Part shown: positions 11,878 through 26,033 of the stretch, one piece after another
Layout of the letters: each line of letters starts with the position of its first letter
Position numbering within the stretch: position 1 is the stretch's first letter
Source of the DNA: Squalus acanthias
Taxonomy: Eukaryota
Assembly: GCA_030390025.1 (NCBI GenBank)
Contig: CM059431.1
Location: 154,134,001-154,198,000 of the forward strand
Direction: 5' to 3'
DNA: 64,000 nucleotides
The notes under the pieces: model-generated
Told to the model about the DNA's origin: nothing
The model's database searches: none
What the model saw: the letters and a program-made list of their open reading frames with translations, nothing else
Position numbers and translations under genes: made by a program

Positions 11878-13780
11878 CCTATATTAGCCCTGTCTACTCT
11901 CCCTGTTCCCTCTTCAAAAAATTCAATGAAGCTGGTCAAGCAAGAGTTTCCCGCTTGAAATCCATGTTGACTTATCATTCTTATATTTTTTGTTTTCTAG
12001 ATGTTTTTCTATATTCTCTTTTAGTACGGATTCCATTATGTTTCCAACTACTGATGTTAAGCTGACTGCTTTATAGTATTCAAGATTTTTTCTATCTCCC
12101 TTCTTAAATATAGATAGAACGTTAGACATCCGCCAATCCTCTGGCATGACACCATTTTCGAACGAATTAATCAATACGTGTAATAGTGCCTCTTCCCTAT
12201 TTTCTTTTAACATGCACGGATTCTATCTTAGTATAGCTCCAAAGGACATCCTTGTGTTCAAAACATCTCTTTCCTCCTTAAAACTTATCTCTTTGAAGAA
12301 GCTTTTGTTCTCCTGTCCTAATATCTCCTTATGTGGCTCGGTGTCACATTTTGTTTGATAACGCTCCGGTGAAGAGCCTTAGGACGTTTTACTGCGTTAA
12401 AGCTGCTATAGAAATGCAAGTGTTTTGTTGTTCTCCTAGCGCTGTCCTGGAACCCTTTATTAATTCCGGCGTCCACATTATGTTGCTCTCTCCTTAAAAT
12501 TTTATGACCAGTAACATTATCTCTGAGTACAGTGAAACCCCAGGCCCTGTTCTATAGATACCAAATCACATCTCTCATGCTTCTGACTTTCCAAATGTCT
12601 TTGGAATGATTTGTTCATTTAAAGGCCCGACAGTCAATCCTAAGTCCAATTCTATGGAATGCTGACCCTTTTTTATTATGCATTTTTTTTTACACGACTA
12701 GAAAATAACCTTCCTTTTTCCTGCTAATAATTTTTCACTATTTTATAAATATTCTGTTTCAGCTCCAAAAGTTTCATTAATTCCGCTCTGTAGCCTCAGA
12801 AGCGAATAATCCCCAACCTACAGTCATTCAGTTGAGACCCTTCCCACTTCTGTGAAATCATTGTGATTTGTGGGCTCTGATCGCTGCTTTCGATTCCCTT
12901 CACCCCGAATTAACTTTAGTGCCCCAACAACGTGAACTATTCCCTCCTGCTCCATCCAAGCAGCTCCACATTGACCTGCCCCGTATTTCCCTCATTAAGC
13001 GGCCCAAAGCAAAACAATCCAGAGATAACCACCTTGCGGCTTTGTCATTAGTTTAGTGCCTCAGTCTCAATATTTCCTCTATTATCCTATTTCTATCCGT
13101 GGTACTGATTTCGAACATGGGTAATGTCTGCTCTCCTTTCCTTCCCAGAGATGTTCCCACCTGTCCCAGCATGTTCTTTCTTCTGGCTCCAGGGAGGCAT
13201 CTTACCATTCGACAACTGCTCAGGGCTGCAGACGAGTTGGTCTATGCCCCTGACTAAAGAATCTCCCACCACTAATGATCTCCTTGTCCTGTGCCCCACC
13301 TGCCTCTCACCCCATTCGGCGTGGCCTCTTGCTCCCTGCTACCACACATTTTCTCAGAAAGACCCTCCTCTGAGTCAGTGTCTCTATCCACCTTACAGTC
13401 CCCAATAGCAGGCATCTATTTGACTGTTCCAGTACGCAGCGGCTTCCTCCACCTGCGACTGCAGCGTTCCTATAGATGATCACTCACTTCCCGCTTTGTA
13501 CTAAGTCCCTGTATTGTTTCCTCTTCCTGTACGAATACACGTTCTGGCACGACGTCTGTACCGTGTCAGGACAGAAATTATATTTTAAAGTATTTTCTGT
13601 ACCTACCTGTGTCCATTCTCATTCCTTTTGAAGATAATGCATCTTCTCCCCTGTTTGGATCTTCAGCCATGGTGGTGGCAGGCGTTCCCAGATTCAGATG
13701 CTCTGTAATATTTTATTAACAGGATGGCTAAACGGAAATAATAAAATGAGAAGGTGAACGCTGCCTTGTGACACATGATA
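11878..13780 (-). mobile_element. Ancient CR1 remnant, copy B
   Basis: PEDWRMSNVLSIFKKGDR (11923-12213) and LVVGDSLVRGID (13093-13299). Confidence 0.75.
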
Positions 13781-13879
13781 TCAAGTCCCTTTTCCCAACA
13801 GAACAACAGCTGTTTGCTCCGAGATCGAGCATTTCCCGAGTATTACGAACAACACTCCACATCAGGTGTGACACAGACA

Positions 13880-16800
13880 GCTGCCCAGTGAAAATCAAAG
13901 ATTCCCGCTATTATTGCTTGTGCATGTTGTCTGGGCCTTCGAACACGAACCTTTCAATTCTATTTCCACTTTTTTCTCCCCTTTTCCTTCTCTCTTTATC
14001 CCTCCCTGATCGCTTTCTCCTGTCATTATGCCTCCTTTCATCTCTGCTCTCTCGAATACACTGCCCTTCCAAATCACTGCACCAACAATTCATTACTCTT
14101 CGAACGTCCTACAGCAGAAGCAGCAGCGGCGACTGTGCGGATCTGGGAGGAGCGGCGAGGCGGCAGCGGCGGTACCAACTCAGCACCGGCAGAATTTTCA
14201 AAGAGTGACATCAGAAGTTAAAAGAGACGTCGGCACAAGGGGTGGGAGCTGATTGTTGGGTATCTGGTTAGTGTTTATACTTTGCTTTCTTAAAGTTGTT
14301 AAGTTTATCTAGCAAGTTTAGTAAATAGTCTGTTAATTAGATGTATGGCAGGGCAGCTCACACCCGTTGACTGCACATCCTGTGCCATGGGGGAAGTCCT
14401 GGAAACCTCCCTTGGTCTGGACGACCACGTGTGCTGGAAGTGTCGCCAGCTGCAGCAGCTCGAGCTCCGGGTTACGGAGCTTGAGCGGCGGCTGCAGTCA
14501 CTGCTGTGCATCCGCGAGGCTGAGAGCTACGTGGATAACACGTTTGGGGAGGTGGTCAACCCGCAGGTTAAGCGTGTGCAGGCAGAAAGGGAATGAGTGA
14601 TCCGTCAGACAGAAGAAGAGAACCAGGCAGGTAGTGCAGGAGTTCCCTCAGTCTATTTTGCTCACCAACCAGTATTTGGTGCTGCGTCCTGGTGAGGGCG
14701 ATGGTTCCTCTGGGGAATGCAGCCAAAACCAAGTCCACAGCATCAAGGGAGGCTCAACTGCACGGTGGGGGAGTGGGGGTGGTGGTGGTGGAGAGGAGAG
14801 CAGACGGATAGCAATAGTGATCGGGGATTCAATAGTTAGGCGAGGAGATAGGCGTTTCTGCGGCCGCAGGCGTGACTCCAGGAAGGTATGTTGCCTCCCT
14901 GTTTCCAGGGTCAGGAATGTCACTGAACGGCTGCAGTGCATTCTGAGGGAGGGAGGGTGAACAGCCAGAGGTCGTATTCCATATCGGTACCAACGTCATA
15001 GGTAGGAAGAGGGATGAGATCATGCAGGCAGAGTTTAGGAAAAAGGTCAAAAAGCAGGACCGCAAAGGTAGTAATTCCGGATTACTACCAGTGCCACGTT
15101 CTAGTGAGTACAGAAATGGGAAGAAAGATCAGATGAATGCGTGGCTGGAGAGATGGTGTAGGAGGGAACGTTTTAGATTCCTAAGGAATTGGAACCGTTT
15201 CTGGGGCGGGTGGGAAATGTACAAGCCAGACGGGTTTCACCTCAACGCGAACGGGACCAATATCCTCCCGGGAGGGTTTACTAGTGCTGTTGGGAAGGTT
15301 TAAAACTCGCTTGCCAGGGAGATGGGAACCTAGGAATAGAGTCAATAGGGAGGGAAGAAAAACTGGAAAAGGAAAACTAAAACGTAGAAATAAATTGGAA
15401 GGACTGAGGAATCAAGAGCTAGATGGTAGTTTAACCAGGACATTTGCCTGTACTAAATGGTATATACTTCAATGCAAGGAGTATAGCTAACACGGCAGAT
15501 GAGCTGAGGGAACAGGTACATACTTGGGTCTATGATATTAAAGCTATTGCAGAGTCGTGGCTGAAATAGGGGCAGGTATGACAGCTCAAAATTCCTGTTT
15601 ACAGGATTTTCAGACGGCATAGATAGGGAGTTAAAAAGGAATGGGGGTCGCGGTATTAATTAGAGATACTATTACAGCTGTGAGGAGGGATGATATGTTG
15701 GAGGGATCATCAAAAGAGGCCATATGGGTCGAATTGAAAAACAAAACAGGGCCGATCACACTGCTGGGAGTGTACAACAGACCCCCAAACAGTGAGAGGG
15801 AGATAGAAGAACAAATAGGTAAACACATTTCTGAGAAGTGCAAAAACTATAGGGCAGTAATAGGAGGGGATTTCAACTACCCCAATATTAAGTGGGATAA
15901 AATTAGTGTGAATGGTATAGAGGGTACGGAATTCCTAAAATGCAGCCAGGAGAACTTTTTTAGCCAGTATCTAGCAAGCCCAACATGGGAGGGGGCGGTT
16001 CTGGAATTAGTTTTAGGGAATGAAGCTAGGCAGGTAGAAGGCGTATCCGTGGGGGAGCATTTTGGTGCTAGTGTCCATAATTCAGTTGTTTTTACGTTAG
16101 TTATGGAAAAGGTCAAGGATAGATCAGGAATAAAAATTCTAAATTGGGGAAAACAAATTTTGCTAAGCTCAGAGGGGACTTAGCCATAGTGGACTGGAAA
16201 CAGCTACTTGAAGGTAAATCTGTGGCAGAGCAGTGGGAGGCATTTATGCAGGAGCTCCGGAGGATTCAGACCAAAGATGTGCCCTTAAAGAAAAAAGGTG
16301 GGACTAGCAAATCTAGAGCACCCTGGATGTGTAGGGACATACAGGGGAGGATGAAGAAAAAAAGGGATACGTATGACAGATACCGAGCTCTAAATATTCC
16401 AGAATCTTTGGAGAAGTACAGAAAGTGCAGCGGCGCAATTAGAAAGCTTATTAGGAAAACAAAGAGAGATCACGAAAAATTCTTGGCAAGTAAAATCAAG
16501 TAAAATTCAAAGATGTTTTATAAATATATTAAGAGTAAGAGGATAACTAAATAAAGTATAGGGCCAATTAGAGATCATGGGCGTAATTTGTGTCTGTAGG
16601 TGGGAGAAGTCGGTCGGGTTCTTAATTAATACTTTGCGTCTGTTTTGACAAAGGATAGTGGCGAAGCAGACATTGCTATCGGGGGGAGGAGTGTGAAATA
16701 TTAGATGAAATAAACATAGAGAGAGGAAGTATTAAGGGGTTTAGCAGCTTTAAAATTGGATAAATCCCCAGGCCCGGATGAAATGTATCCCACGCTCTTA

Positions 16801-19800
16801 AGCGAAGCAAAAGAGGAAATAGCACAGGCCCTGACAATCATTTTCCAAACCTATCTGGCATCAGGTGCAGTGCCGGAGGACTGGAGGACTGCTAATGTGG
16901 TACCCTTGTATGAAAAGGGACAAAAGGAAAGACCGAATAATTACAGGCCAGTCAGACTAACCTCGGTGGTGGGAAAATTATTGGAAAGAATTCTGAAGGA
17001 CTGGAGAAATTTTCCTTTAGAAAGTCATGGATTACACAAGGATAGTCAGAACGGATTTGTTAAGGGTATGTCGTGTCTGATAAACTTGATTGACTTTTTT
17101 GAGGAGGTATCAAGGAGGGTAGATGAGGGTAGTGCGTTTGATGTATTGTATATGGACTTTACCAAGGCTTTTGATAAGGTTCCACATGGCAGACTGGTCA
17201 CGAAGTTAGAAGCCCATGGGATCAAGGGCAAACTGTCAAGTTAGATTCAAAACTTTCTCGGAGGCAGGAAGCAGAGGGTAATGGTTGATGGGTGTCTTTG
17301 TTACTGGAAGGCTGTTTCCAGTTGGGTTCCACAGGGCTCAGTACTTGGTCCCTTGCTTTTTGTAGTATATATCAATGATCTAGACTTTAATATAGGGGTA
17401 TGATTAAGATGATGCTAAATCGGTTGTGTGGTTGATACTGAAGAAGGAAGCTGTAGAATGCAGGAAGATATCAATAAATTGGTCAGGTGGTCAGAACAGT
17501 GGCAAATGGAATTCAATCCGGAGAATTGTGAGGTAATGCATTTGGGGAGGGCAAAAAAGGAAAGGGAATACACATTAAATGTTAGGACACTGAGTAGTTT
17601 AGAGGAACAAAGGGACCTTGGAGTGCATATCCACAGATTCCCTGAAGGTAGCAGGCCAAGCAGATAAGATGTTTAAGAATGCATACGGAATGCTTGTCTT
17701 TAATAGTCGTGGCATAGAATATAAGAGCAGGGGTGTTATGCTTCAACTGTATAAAACACTAGTTAGCCCTCAGCTAGAGTACTGCGTGCAGTTCTGGTCA
17801 GCACATTACAGGAAAGTTGTGATTGCACTAGAGAGGGTACAGAGGAGATTTGCAAAGATTTTGCCGGGAGTAGAGAATCTTAGCTATGAGGAAAGACTGG
17901 ATAGGCTGGGCTTGTTTTCCTTGGAACAGAGGAGGCTGAGGGGAGACCTTATTTGAGGTGTAAAAAATTATGAGGGGCCTAGATAAAGTGGATTGAAAGG
18001 ACCTATTTCCCTTAGCGGAGGGGTCAAAAACCAGGAAGCACAGATTTAAAGTAATTGTTTGAAGTTTTACAGGGGATGTGAGAGGAAATTTCTTCAACTA
18101 GAGGGTTGTTGTGGTCTGGAACTCACTGCCTGAAAGGGTGGCAGAGGCAGAAACACTAACCACATTTAAAATGTACTTGGATGTGCACTTGTGACGCTCT
18201 ACTCTGCAGGGCTACGGAGCAAGAGCTGGGAAGTGGGATTAGGCTGGATACCGCTTTGTCGGCCTGCGCGGTCACGATGGGCCGAAATGGCCTCCTTCCT
18301 TGCTGTAACTTTCTATGATTCTATGACTCTCTCCTGCTGCCGGCTCAGGTTGACTCCCTCTTCGATAAGCCTACAGCTTCCCTCTGTGCCTCTCTTGGCA
18401 TACTCCGAAAGGCCCACCGTGGCACTCCTTGCTGCCTCCTCACGAGCAGCAACCCCAACTGTATTATCCTACTTTTTCGCCGAACTTCCAGCTCAGCCAT
18501 TCGTTGGGGGCAAATCTTGTCAATCTCATCCCCGTTCAACTCACCCCTCATAGCGCTGACTCTGTGGACGCTGGCTGTAGGTTAGACATCACTGAACCTC
18601 TCCGCATCTCCCTCCAGAATGTCCATTTCCTTGCGAACAAGGTCCTTGACATCCATAAGCTTATCGTGGTGATTACATCAACATCATGGCCCTGACGGAA
18701 ACTTGGATGAGGGGTGATGACACCTTACCCTTAAATGAAGCCTCCCCACCTGACTTCCACCACTTGCCCCGCACCAGACAGCCATGGCGGCAGTGTGCCT
18801 CTCATCACCAAATCACACCTAGGTCTGTCCCCCTCGACTTTGCCATCTCTCGTGGCCTCACTACTCCCATTGTGCCAATCGCAGATAAAGCTATCTCAGA
18901 CCATTTACTTCTAACGCTCTTCATGCAAATCCCCTTTCACCCCCAAACCCACCTCATTCTGTTTTTGACTCTGGAGGAAAAACACTCCCCCAACTCTCTT
19001 ACAACTGCACTTAGGAAATTCCAACTGTCCAGCCTTTGGCCCTCCATTCAACATGACTTTTCTGCAAATACCGATCTGCTCTACCAAACGCTCACCCAAC
19101 CCTTCGATGCCGTATTCCCCTTTAAAATAATTACTCTATCTCACCCTGGCTGTTCTAAGTGGTACGGCGCTCACCTGAGTCCAGGAGACGCAGACTTGAT
19201 TTGAAATGGCGGGCAACTGGTTTAGTCATTCGCCGCCAGATCTGGCTGAAGCACATGAAGCATTATCGGGTACTCCTCTCGCCTGCCAAAATTGCTGACT
19301 ATTCCAGAATCATTCTGGAATGCAAAGCTAAATCTCGGCTTCTATTCTCCACTGCTAAACATCGTCTTAAACCTCTATCCCTTGTCTCCTCCACCCTCAA
19401 CTCCAACAAGTCCGAGGAACTCATGAACTTCTTTGTTTCTAAGATTAAGACCATACGATCAGCTGCCTCTGCTACTTCTCTTTCTTCCCCTAGCCCACCG
19501 GGCCAAACTTCTCCTCAGGCGCCCCCCTGCCCCAGTCCTGAACAGTTCTTTTCCGCAGTTTCTCTCTGTTCTCCCCTTCTGTTCTCTCCGCGCTCATCTT
19601 GCTCCAGAGACCCAGTTCCTGCTCCCTCGTCCCTATTCCACCAAACTATTGAACACCCAACTTCCTTTTCTGCATCTCATATTAGCTGACATTGTTAACG
19701 GTTCTCTCTCCTCAGATACTGTCCCCTTCTCCTTCAAATCTGCCGTCAGCGCCACTCTAATAAAAAACAGCTACCTTGACTCCTCCGTTTTGTAAAGTGT

Positions 19801-21177
19801 CGAACCATCTACAAACTCCCTTTCTACTCCAAAGTCCTTGAACATGTTGTCGCCTCACAATTCCATTCCCATCTTTCCAGGAACTTCATGCTTGAATCCC
19901 TCCAATCAGGTTTCCGCCCCTGCCACAGTACCGAAACGTCTCTCATGACAGTCACAAATGGCATCCTTTGCGACTGGGACAAAGACAAACTATCCCTCCT
20001 TATCGACTTCTCAGCAGCCTTTGACATGGTTGACCACTCCACACTCCTCCCACGCCTTCCCACCGTCGTCCAGCTGGGTGGGACTGCACTGGTTCCATTC
20101 TTATCTATCGTAGCCAGAGAATCACTTGCAATGGCTTCTATTCCCACTCCCGCATCGTTACTTCTGTTTTCCCCCAAGAATCTACCCTTGGCCCCCTGCT
20201 ATTTATCATCTACATGCTGCCCCTTGACGACATCATGGGAACACACAGCGTCAGTTTCCACATATATGGTGACGACACTCAGCTCTACCTCATCTCCACC
20301 ACTCTCGACCCCTCCACTGTCTCTAAATTGTCAGACTTCTTGTCCAAATTTAAGTTCCGGATGATCAGAAATTTTCTCCAGTTAAATATTGGATAACTTT
20401 TTGTTCCCCACCACTGACTCCATCCCTCTCCCTAACATCTGTCTGAGGCTGAACCACACTGTTCACAACCTTGAATTTAGCTTTCGAACGCATATCTGCG
20501 GCATAACTAAGACTGCCGATTTCCACTTCCGCAACATCTCCCGTCTCCACCCCTGCCTCAGCTCATCAGCTGCTGAAACCCTCATCCATGCCTTAGATAT
20601 CTCTAGACTTGACTATTCCAACGCACTCCTGGCTGGCCTCACACGTTCTACCCTACGTAAAGTTGAGGTTATCAAAATCTCGGGTGCCCGTGTCCTAACT
20701 CACATCAAGTCCCGTTCACCCATCAACGCTCTGCTCGCTGACCTACATTGGATCTCGATCAAGTAACGCCTCCATTTAAAAATGTTCATCCTTGTTTTCC
20801 ATGGCCTTTCCCGGCCCTACCTCGAATCTCTTCCAGCACCAACCCCACCCACCCCCACCCCGCGAGATAAACGCACTCCTATAGTTCTGCCCTCTTGAGT
20901 ATCGCTGATTATAATCGCTCAAGCATTGGTGACCGTGCCTTCAGTTGCCCAGGCCCTAAGCTCTGAAATTCTCACCCTAAACCTCTCCATCTCTCTACTT
21001 ATTTTCCTCCTTTATACAGCTCCTTAAAACCTACCTCTTTGATTAAGCTTTTTCTCATCTGCCCTAATTTCTCCTTATGTGGCTCAGTATTAGTTGTTTT
21101 CCTCATAATACTCCTGTGAAGCGCATTGGGACATTTTTCTACGTTAGAAGCGCTATATAAATACATGTGGTTTTGTT
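13880..21177 (+). mobile_element. Near-full-length decayed L2 LINE, copy B, interrupted at 14113-18326
   Basis: MALTETW, LQSGFRPCHSTET, DFSAAFDMVDH, YGDDTQLY, SRLDYSNALL; L2 3' tail at ~21000-21177. Confidence 0.9.
14113..18326 (+). mobile_element. Full-length decayed CR1 LINE (5' UTR, ORF1 Zn-finger/coiled-coil/esterase, ORF2 APE-RT)
   Basis: GC-rich 5' UTR. ORF1 from ATG 14345: CTSC..CWKC, a Leu-zipper, IVIGDSIVR and DGFHLN. ORF2: GVYNRPP, GDFNYP, KSPGPD, DFTKAFDKVPH. Ends in ttctatgattctatga. Absent at the homologous site in copies A, C and D. Many stops and frameshifts. Confidence 0.95.
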
Positions 21178-21384
21178 GATCTCCACAATCGAGTTGTCAG
21201 ATGGGCTTTCGTCGGCCGAGACTCCAGACTGGGAGCGTCCATTGTTGAGATTATCTCTCTCAGTACAGGCAAAAATCAGCCTTATTCCTGAGGTAGAGAA
21301 TATTCTGCAGGGAAATATGGAGCGGGTGATCATTGATTAATTAAATCATCCTTCACTTGGTGTTACACAGTCTGGTGGTATAAT

Positions 21385-21890
21385 ATTACAATTATTCATA
21401 GACTTTTGTTAAACATTTTGGATTTGCTGAGTTTTGACATTAAATTCCGGTACGTTATGAATATGATATCTATCCAAAAATCAATATGTATCTGGGTGAG
21501 ATCCCTCTGGTCTCTATGGGCATTGTCCGTCCTTTCATGGAGTGTGTCCTGGTGGTGCTTATGTTTGAATATATTGACCATATCTCTCATGGTGTCAGCA
21601 CCTGACTATTGAGCACTGTAGGAGGTAAGGACATTTAAAGCTGTTCCATTAATATTGACATTAATGTATAATGTGTTGTATCATGTAACTTTAAACATGG
21701 ATGTGATGCACAACATTTATATGTGGAATATCTTTAGGGTTCTGACAATCTCAGAAATGGCCATAAATATACAAGTGGCAGATTTGGCAGCTGTTTTACA
21801 ATGAATATTCTCCACTTGTGCGTGTGTCTCGCTGTGTGTGTCCACACACGTGCGTGCAATCAAACTCTCAGCCGCGTCCTTTCCTTTCCC
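21385..21890 (-). pseudogene. Orphan copy of a putative terminal exon + 3' UTR (copy B)
   Basis: Homologous to 43290-43793. The acceptor CAG is changed to CTG, with an in-phase TAG 3 nt downstream. Frame GKGKDAAESL...IFHI* is open to 21717. The poly(A) signal is changed to AATAAT. Confidence 0.45.
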
Positions 21891-21924
21891 TACAGTGGAA
21901 ATGTAAAAGCGATTCAATCTCGGA

Positions 21925-22357
21925 GCAGTAATCAGAAGGAGGAGTAGCCCAAAAGGTTGATCAAAATAGTCGCTTTTGGAGCATCTTAAAACGAGGTGAG
22001 GCAGCTGGAGATGTTTTGGTGAGGATTTTCTGAGCAGAGAACCGGGACAGCCAAATGCACAGCCGCCATAGATGGGCTGAGGAGAGGATGAAATGCACTG
22101 GAGGCCAGAGCCGGAGGAACAGAGAGATCTTGGTGGTACGCGCTTGTAGGGCTGGAGGAATTTACAGAGTCAGGGAGCAACAAGAACATGAAGGGATTTA
22201 AATGAGTATGCGAATTTAAATTTGTAGATCCTGGGGTACCGGGAGCCAATGTACGCTCGCAAGGACAGATATGGTTGGTGAGCAGCATTTTGGAACCACC
22301 AAACTTTTTAGAGGGTTAATGGAGCAATGTCGAGAGAGCACTGTAAAATGAGTTTAT
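21925..22357 (-). mobile_element. L2 3' fragment (shorter paralogue of 33170-34330)
   Basis: Reverse complement of the L2 tail; colinear with 33170-33615. Confidence 0.75.
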
Positions 22358-22867
22358 AGTCCCTGTACCATTAAACCACAAATGAGACTTGTGTATTTCA
22401 GAGGAGAGAGTTTGAACAAAGAGATGTGCCCAGTTTAACAAATGGGTGATGATCTTTCAGAAAACATTGCACGTGCCCTGGCTGGGCGACTGAAATCTTC
22501 CAGTTCCAACGGAGGGGTTTGCTTGTTGCAGGTTACAGAATTAGAGCAAAGCTTCCGATATTCTCCTTTTACAAAACTGCTTCAGGAAATGTAGCGTCGT
22601 CGCTTCCCTTTTGTTAATACAGAGCATTACATAGAATATACAACTCAGAAACAGTCCATTCGTCTCAACTGATCCATGCCTGTGTTTATACTCCGCATGA
22701 AATTCCTCCCATCCCTCTTCATCTAACCCGATCAGCATAAACCTCGAATTCCTTTCTCCCTGTTAATTATCGAGCTTACCAGTAAATATATATTTCCTTT
22801 GCAGTGAGGCTCTGTAAACTTAAACTTGCCCCCTCTTCGACCAAGTTGACGAGCACTTGTTGATCTG

Positions 22868-23400
22868 TCCCACTGACCCAGCCCCGCCCCCACTGAGTAA
22901 ACCGCGCTCCGACTCCCCTACTTAACCAGCCCAACATTGTCACCCCACTGACTCAGCCCCGATACCGTCACTGACCCCGCCCCGACACCCTCACTGGCCC
23001 AGCCTCGACATCCTCACTGACACAGCCGAACACCGACAACCCACTGACCGAGCTCAAAACCGACAATGCACTGACCGAGCCCAACACCGAAACCCCACTG
23101 ACCCAGCACTACACCGACACCCCACTGAACCATCCCAATACCGACATCCACACTGACACAGACCTACACCGACACGCCACTGACCCAGCTCAGCACCGAC
23201 ATGCTCACTGACCCAACAACGACACCCAACTGACCCAGACAAATACAGACACCCCACTTACCCAGCCCTACACCGACAAACCACTGACCCAGCCCAACAC
23301 CGAAACCCCACGCATAGTGCCCAAAACCCACACCCCACTCACCAAACCCGAAACTGTCATCACCCAGCCCGACACTGACAACCCAAGGACCCAGCCCCAA
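22868..23400. repeat. ~20-bp C/A-rich minisatellite
   Basis: Tandem ccactgacccagccccgacacc variants; shorter paralogue at 34863-35008. Confidence 0.9.
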
Positions 23401-23616
23401 CGCAAAGTATGGCACTGCAACGTGTCCGTCACAAGAGGGCTGCAGAGTACCCGACTGAGCCCACTGGATGGCACTGTAGCTCGCCTGGCAGAAGTTTGCG
23501 GACAAGCTGAATGTGCTGTAAAGCATCTGCTGGATCGGGGTACGAATTCCGAATCAGATGGCGTACAGCGAAGATCCTGGCTTATCGGGTTGATGAGGCA
23601 AGATTACAGTCTCCGC

Positions 23617-24030
23617 AACAACAGCTTTCATTTACTAGCGTATTTAACGTAATAAGATATTCCAAGGAACTTCGCAGGAGCGTTATCAAACAAAATTTGT
23701 ACCCGAGCCACATATTAGGACAGGTGACCAAAAGCCTGTTCAAAGAGTTAGTTTTTAAGCCGCTCATTTAAGGAGAGAGAGGGAATTCCAGAATTTAGGG
23801 CAGTAGAAGGCATGGCCACCAATGGCGGAGAGATTAAATATGGGGGTGGGCTAGAGGCCAAAATTAGAGGGCCGCAGATATATCAAGAGCTTAGGGTTGG
23901 AGGAGGTGAGAGAGCTAGGGAGTGTCGAGTCCATGGAGGGATTTGAAAAAAAGGATGAGAAATTTTAAAACAGGTTTTTGCCGGATCGGATGCCAATGTA
24001 GGCCAGAAACCACACGGGTAATGGGTGCTT
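23617..24030 (-). mobile_element. L2 3' fragment
   Basis: aacaacagctttcatttactagcg...tttaacgta...ccaagg..cttc.cagga is the reverse complement of the L2 tail. Confidence 0.7.
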
Positions 24031-25726
24031 TCTCTATCAGATCTATAAAGACACGTTTCAGTAAAGCTGCTTCAAATTCGGAAACTACAACTTGTCTAAA
24101 GCTAATCTGTTGCAGCCTCCCCTATATCTTTAAATGCTCACTGATTCAACCTGGAATTACAGATTTGAATAGCTTGCTCACAAATAACAGACTAATTGGT
24201 CTCCAGTTAGCCTGTCTGACCCACATTTCCCATTTTAACAGAGACATTGTTTGGGCTCTTTCAGTCCACCTGTATATTTCTGATATTATATGAGAATTGA
24301 AAAATTGTGGTCAGAGTCCCTTTTATTTCCCCTCTTATTTCCTTTAGCAGACTGGGGAGCATTATCTCTTGGGCCAGTGACTTATCTACCTGGGCTATTT
24401 TTCTCAGGTCCAAATCCTTCTCTAAAGTGATCTCTAACTATGGACGCACATCCTCCTCCTTATATCAACATTTTCAATTCTACCATCAAAGGAAATATTT
24501 TTTTCTGCCCAAACCACCCCCACGAGTTTCCCCCTGCTCCCCCTCTATCTCACCTCCACTGCAACTGTCCCGCTATGCTGCACGACCGCGCAGCTATCTG
24601 TGGATCCCGCACAGGCCGCTTACCGGGTTTTCCATGGTAGATTTGGCATGCGTGAAATTGTGAATGGGCCCCGCAGCTCGATAAAAGGAGCAGCATCCAA
24701 AAATAAATAGGGGGGAACATTGCTATTTCCCTTCTAATTGCTTAATCCTTTACATATGCATATATGGCTGATATAGAATTCCAAATATACAGCACAGAAA
24801 CAGGCAATGAGGCCCAACCAGTCCACTTATGCTCCACTCGAGCCTCCTTCCAACCTTCCTCATCTAACGATCAGAATATCCCTCTATTCTCTTCTCCCTC
24901 ATAGGCTTATCAAGACTCCCCTTAACTGTATCTATACTATTCACTTCAAACACTCCCTGTTGTAGCGCGTTCCACATTCTCACCACTCTCTGAGTAAAGA
25001 TGTGTCTGCTGAATTCCCTATTTGCTTTCTTGGTGACTATCTTATATTGAAGGCCTTTAGATTTACTCTTCCCCACAAGTGGAAACACTCTGTCTAATGT
25101 ATCAAAAGCATTCAAAGGTTTAAAGACTTATATTAGATCACCCATCAACCCTTTGTTTTCAGGAGAAAGGAGACCCAGCCTGTTCAATCTTTGCAGATAG
25201 GTATAACCTCGCAGTTTTGGTATCATCCTTGTAAATCTTTTTTGCACCTACTACAATGTATTTATATGCTTCTTCTATCACATGGCGACCCGTACTCCAA
25301 GTGTGGTCTAAGCAAGGTTCTGTACACGTTTAGCATATCGTCTCTACTTTTCTATTCTATTCATCTACAGATGCTTGGTTTGGTTTTGTTATGGTCTTAT
25401 TGACCTGCGTCGTAACTTTTAATGATTTGTGTATTTGTACTCCGAGATCCTTTTGCTCCTCTACTCTTAATACATTCTTTTTTTCAACGTAATATGTGAC
25501 CTCCCTACTTTTCTTACCAAAATGTAATATATCACACGTATCTATGTTGAAATTCATTTGCCAATTATATGCCCATTCTGCAAGATTATTCATGTCTTCC
25601 TGTAATTTATTGCAGTCATCCTCAGTATTGACTTTCCCTCCCAATTTTGTGTCATCCACAAATTTAGAAAATGTGTTTTGGATTCCAAAGTCTAAATCGT
25701 TAAAGTAAAATTTGAACCGCAGTGGT

Positions 25727-26033
25727 CACAGAATCACCACAGTGCAGATAGAGGCCATTCCGGCCCATCGAGCCACCACCGACACATATCCCACCCTATG
25801 CCCGTAGCCCCACGTATTTTATCCCCCCTAACAATAAGGGTCAATTTATCATAACCAAATCAACCTAACCCGCACATCTTTGGACTGTGGGAGGAACCCG
25901 GAGCACCCGGAGGAAACCCACGTCGACACGGGAGAATGGGCAAACTCCACACAGACAGTCACCCGCGGCCGGATTCGAACCCGGGTCCCTGGCGCTGTGA
26001 GGCAACAGTGCTAACCACAATGCCACCGTCTTG
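25727..26033 (-). mobile_element. tRNA-derived V-SINE (HE1-like)
   Basis: Minus strand: A box TGGCATTGTGG (~26014-26024), B box GGTTCGAATCC (25971-25981), V-domain gtgggtttcctccgggtgctccgg.ttcctcccacagtccaaaga, and a CR1-like tail gatgggccggaatggcct...gattctgtga. The host CR1 resumes on both sides. Confidence 0.9.

Noticed and set aside
21615..21632. Plus-strand donor-like GAG|GTAAG/GTGAG conserved in three copies
   Set aside because: No matching acceptor or conserved plus-strand frame; conservation is explained by the duplication, and the minus-strand model fits better.
23054..23526. Gly/Val-rich and Pro/Thr-rich ORFs
   Set aside because: Translations of the 20-bp minisatellite.
25960..26033. 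tRNA gene (A and B boxes)
   Set aside because: It is the head of a V-SINE with V-domain and LINE tail, not a stand-alone tRNA.
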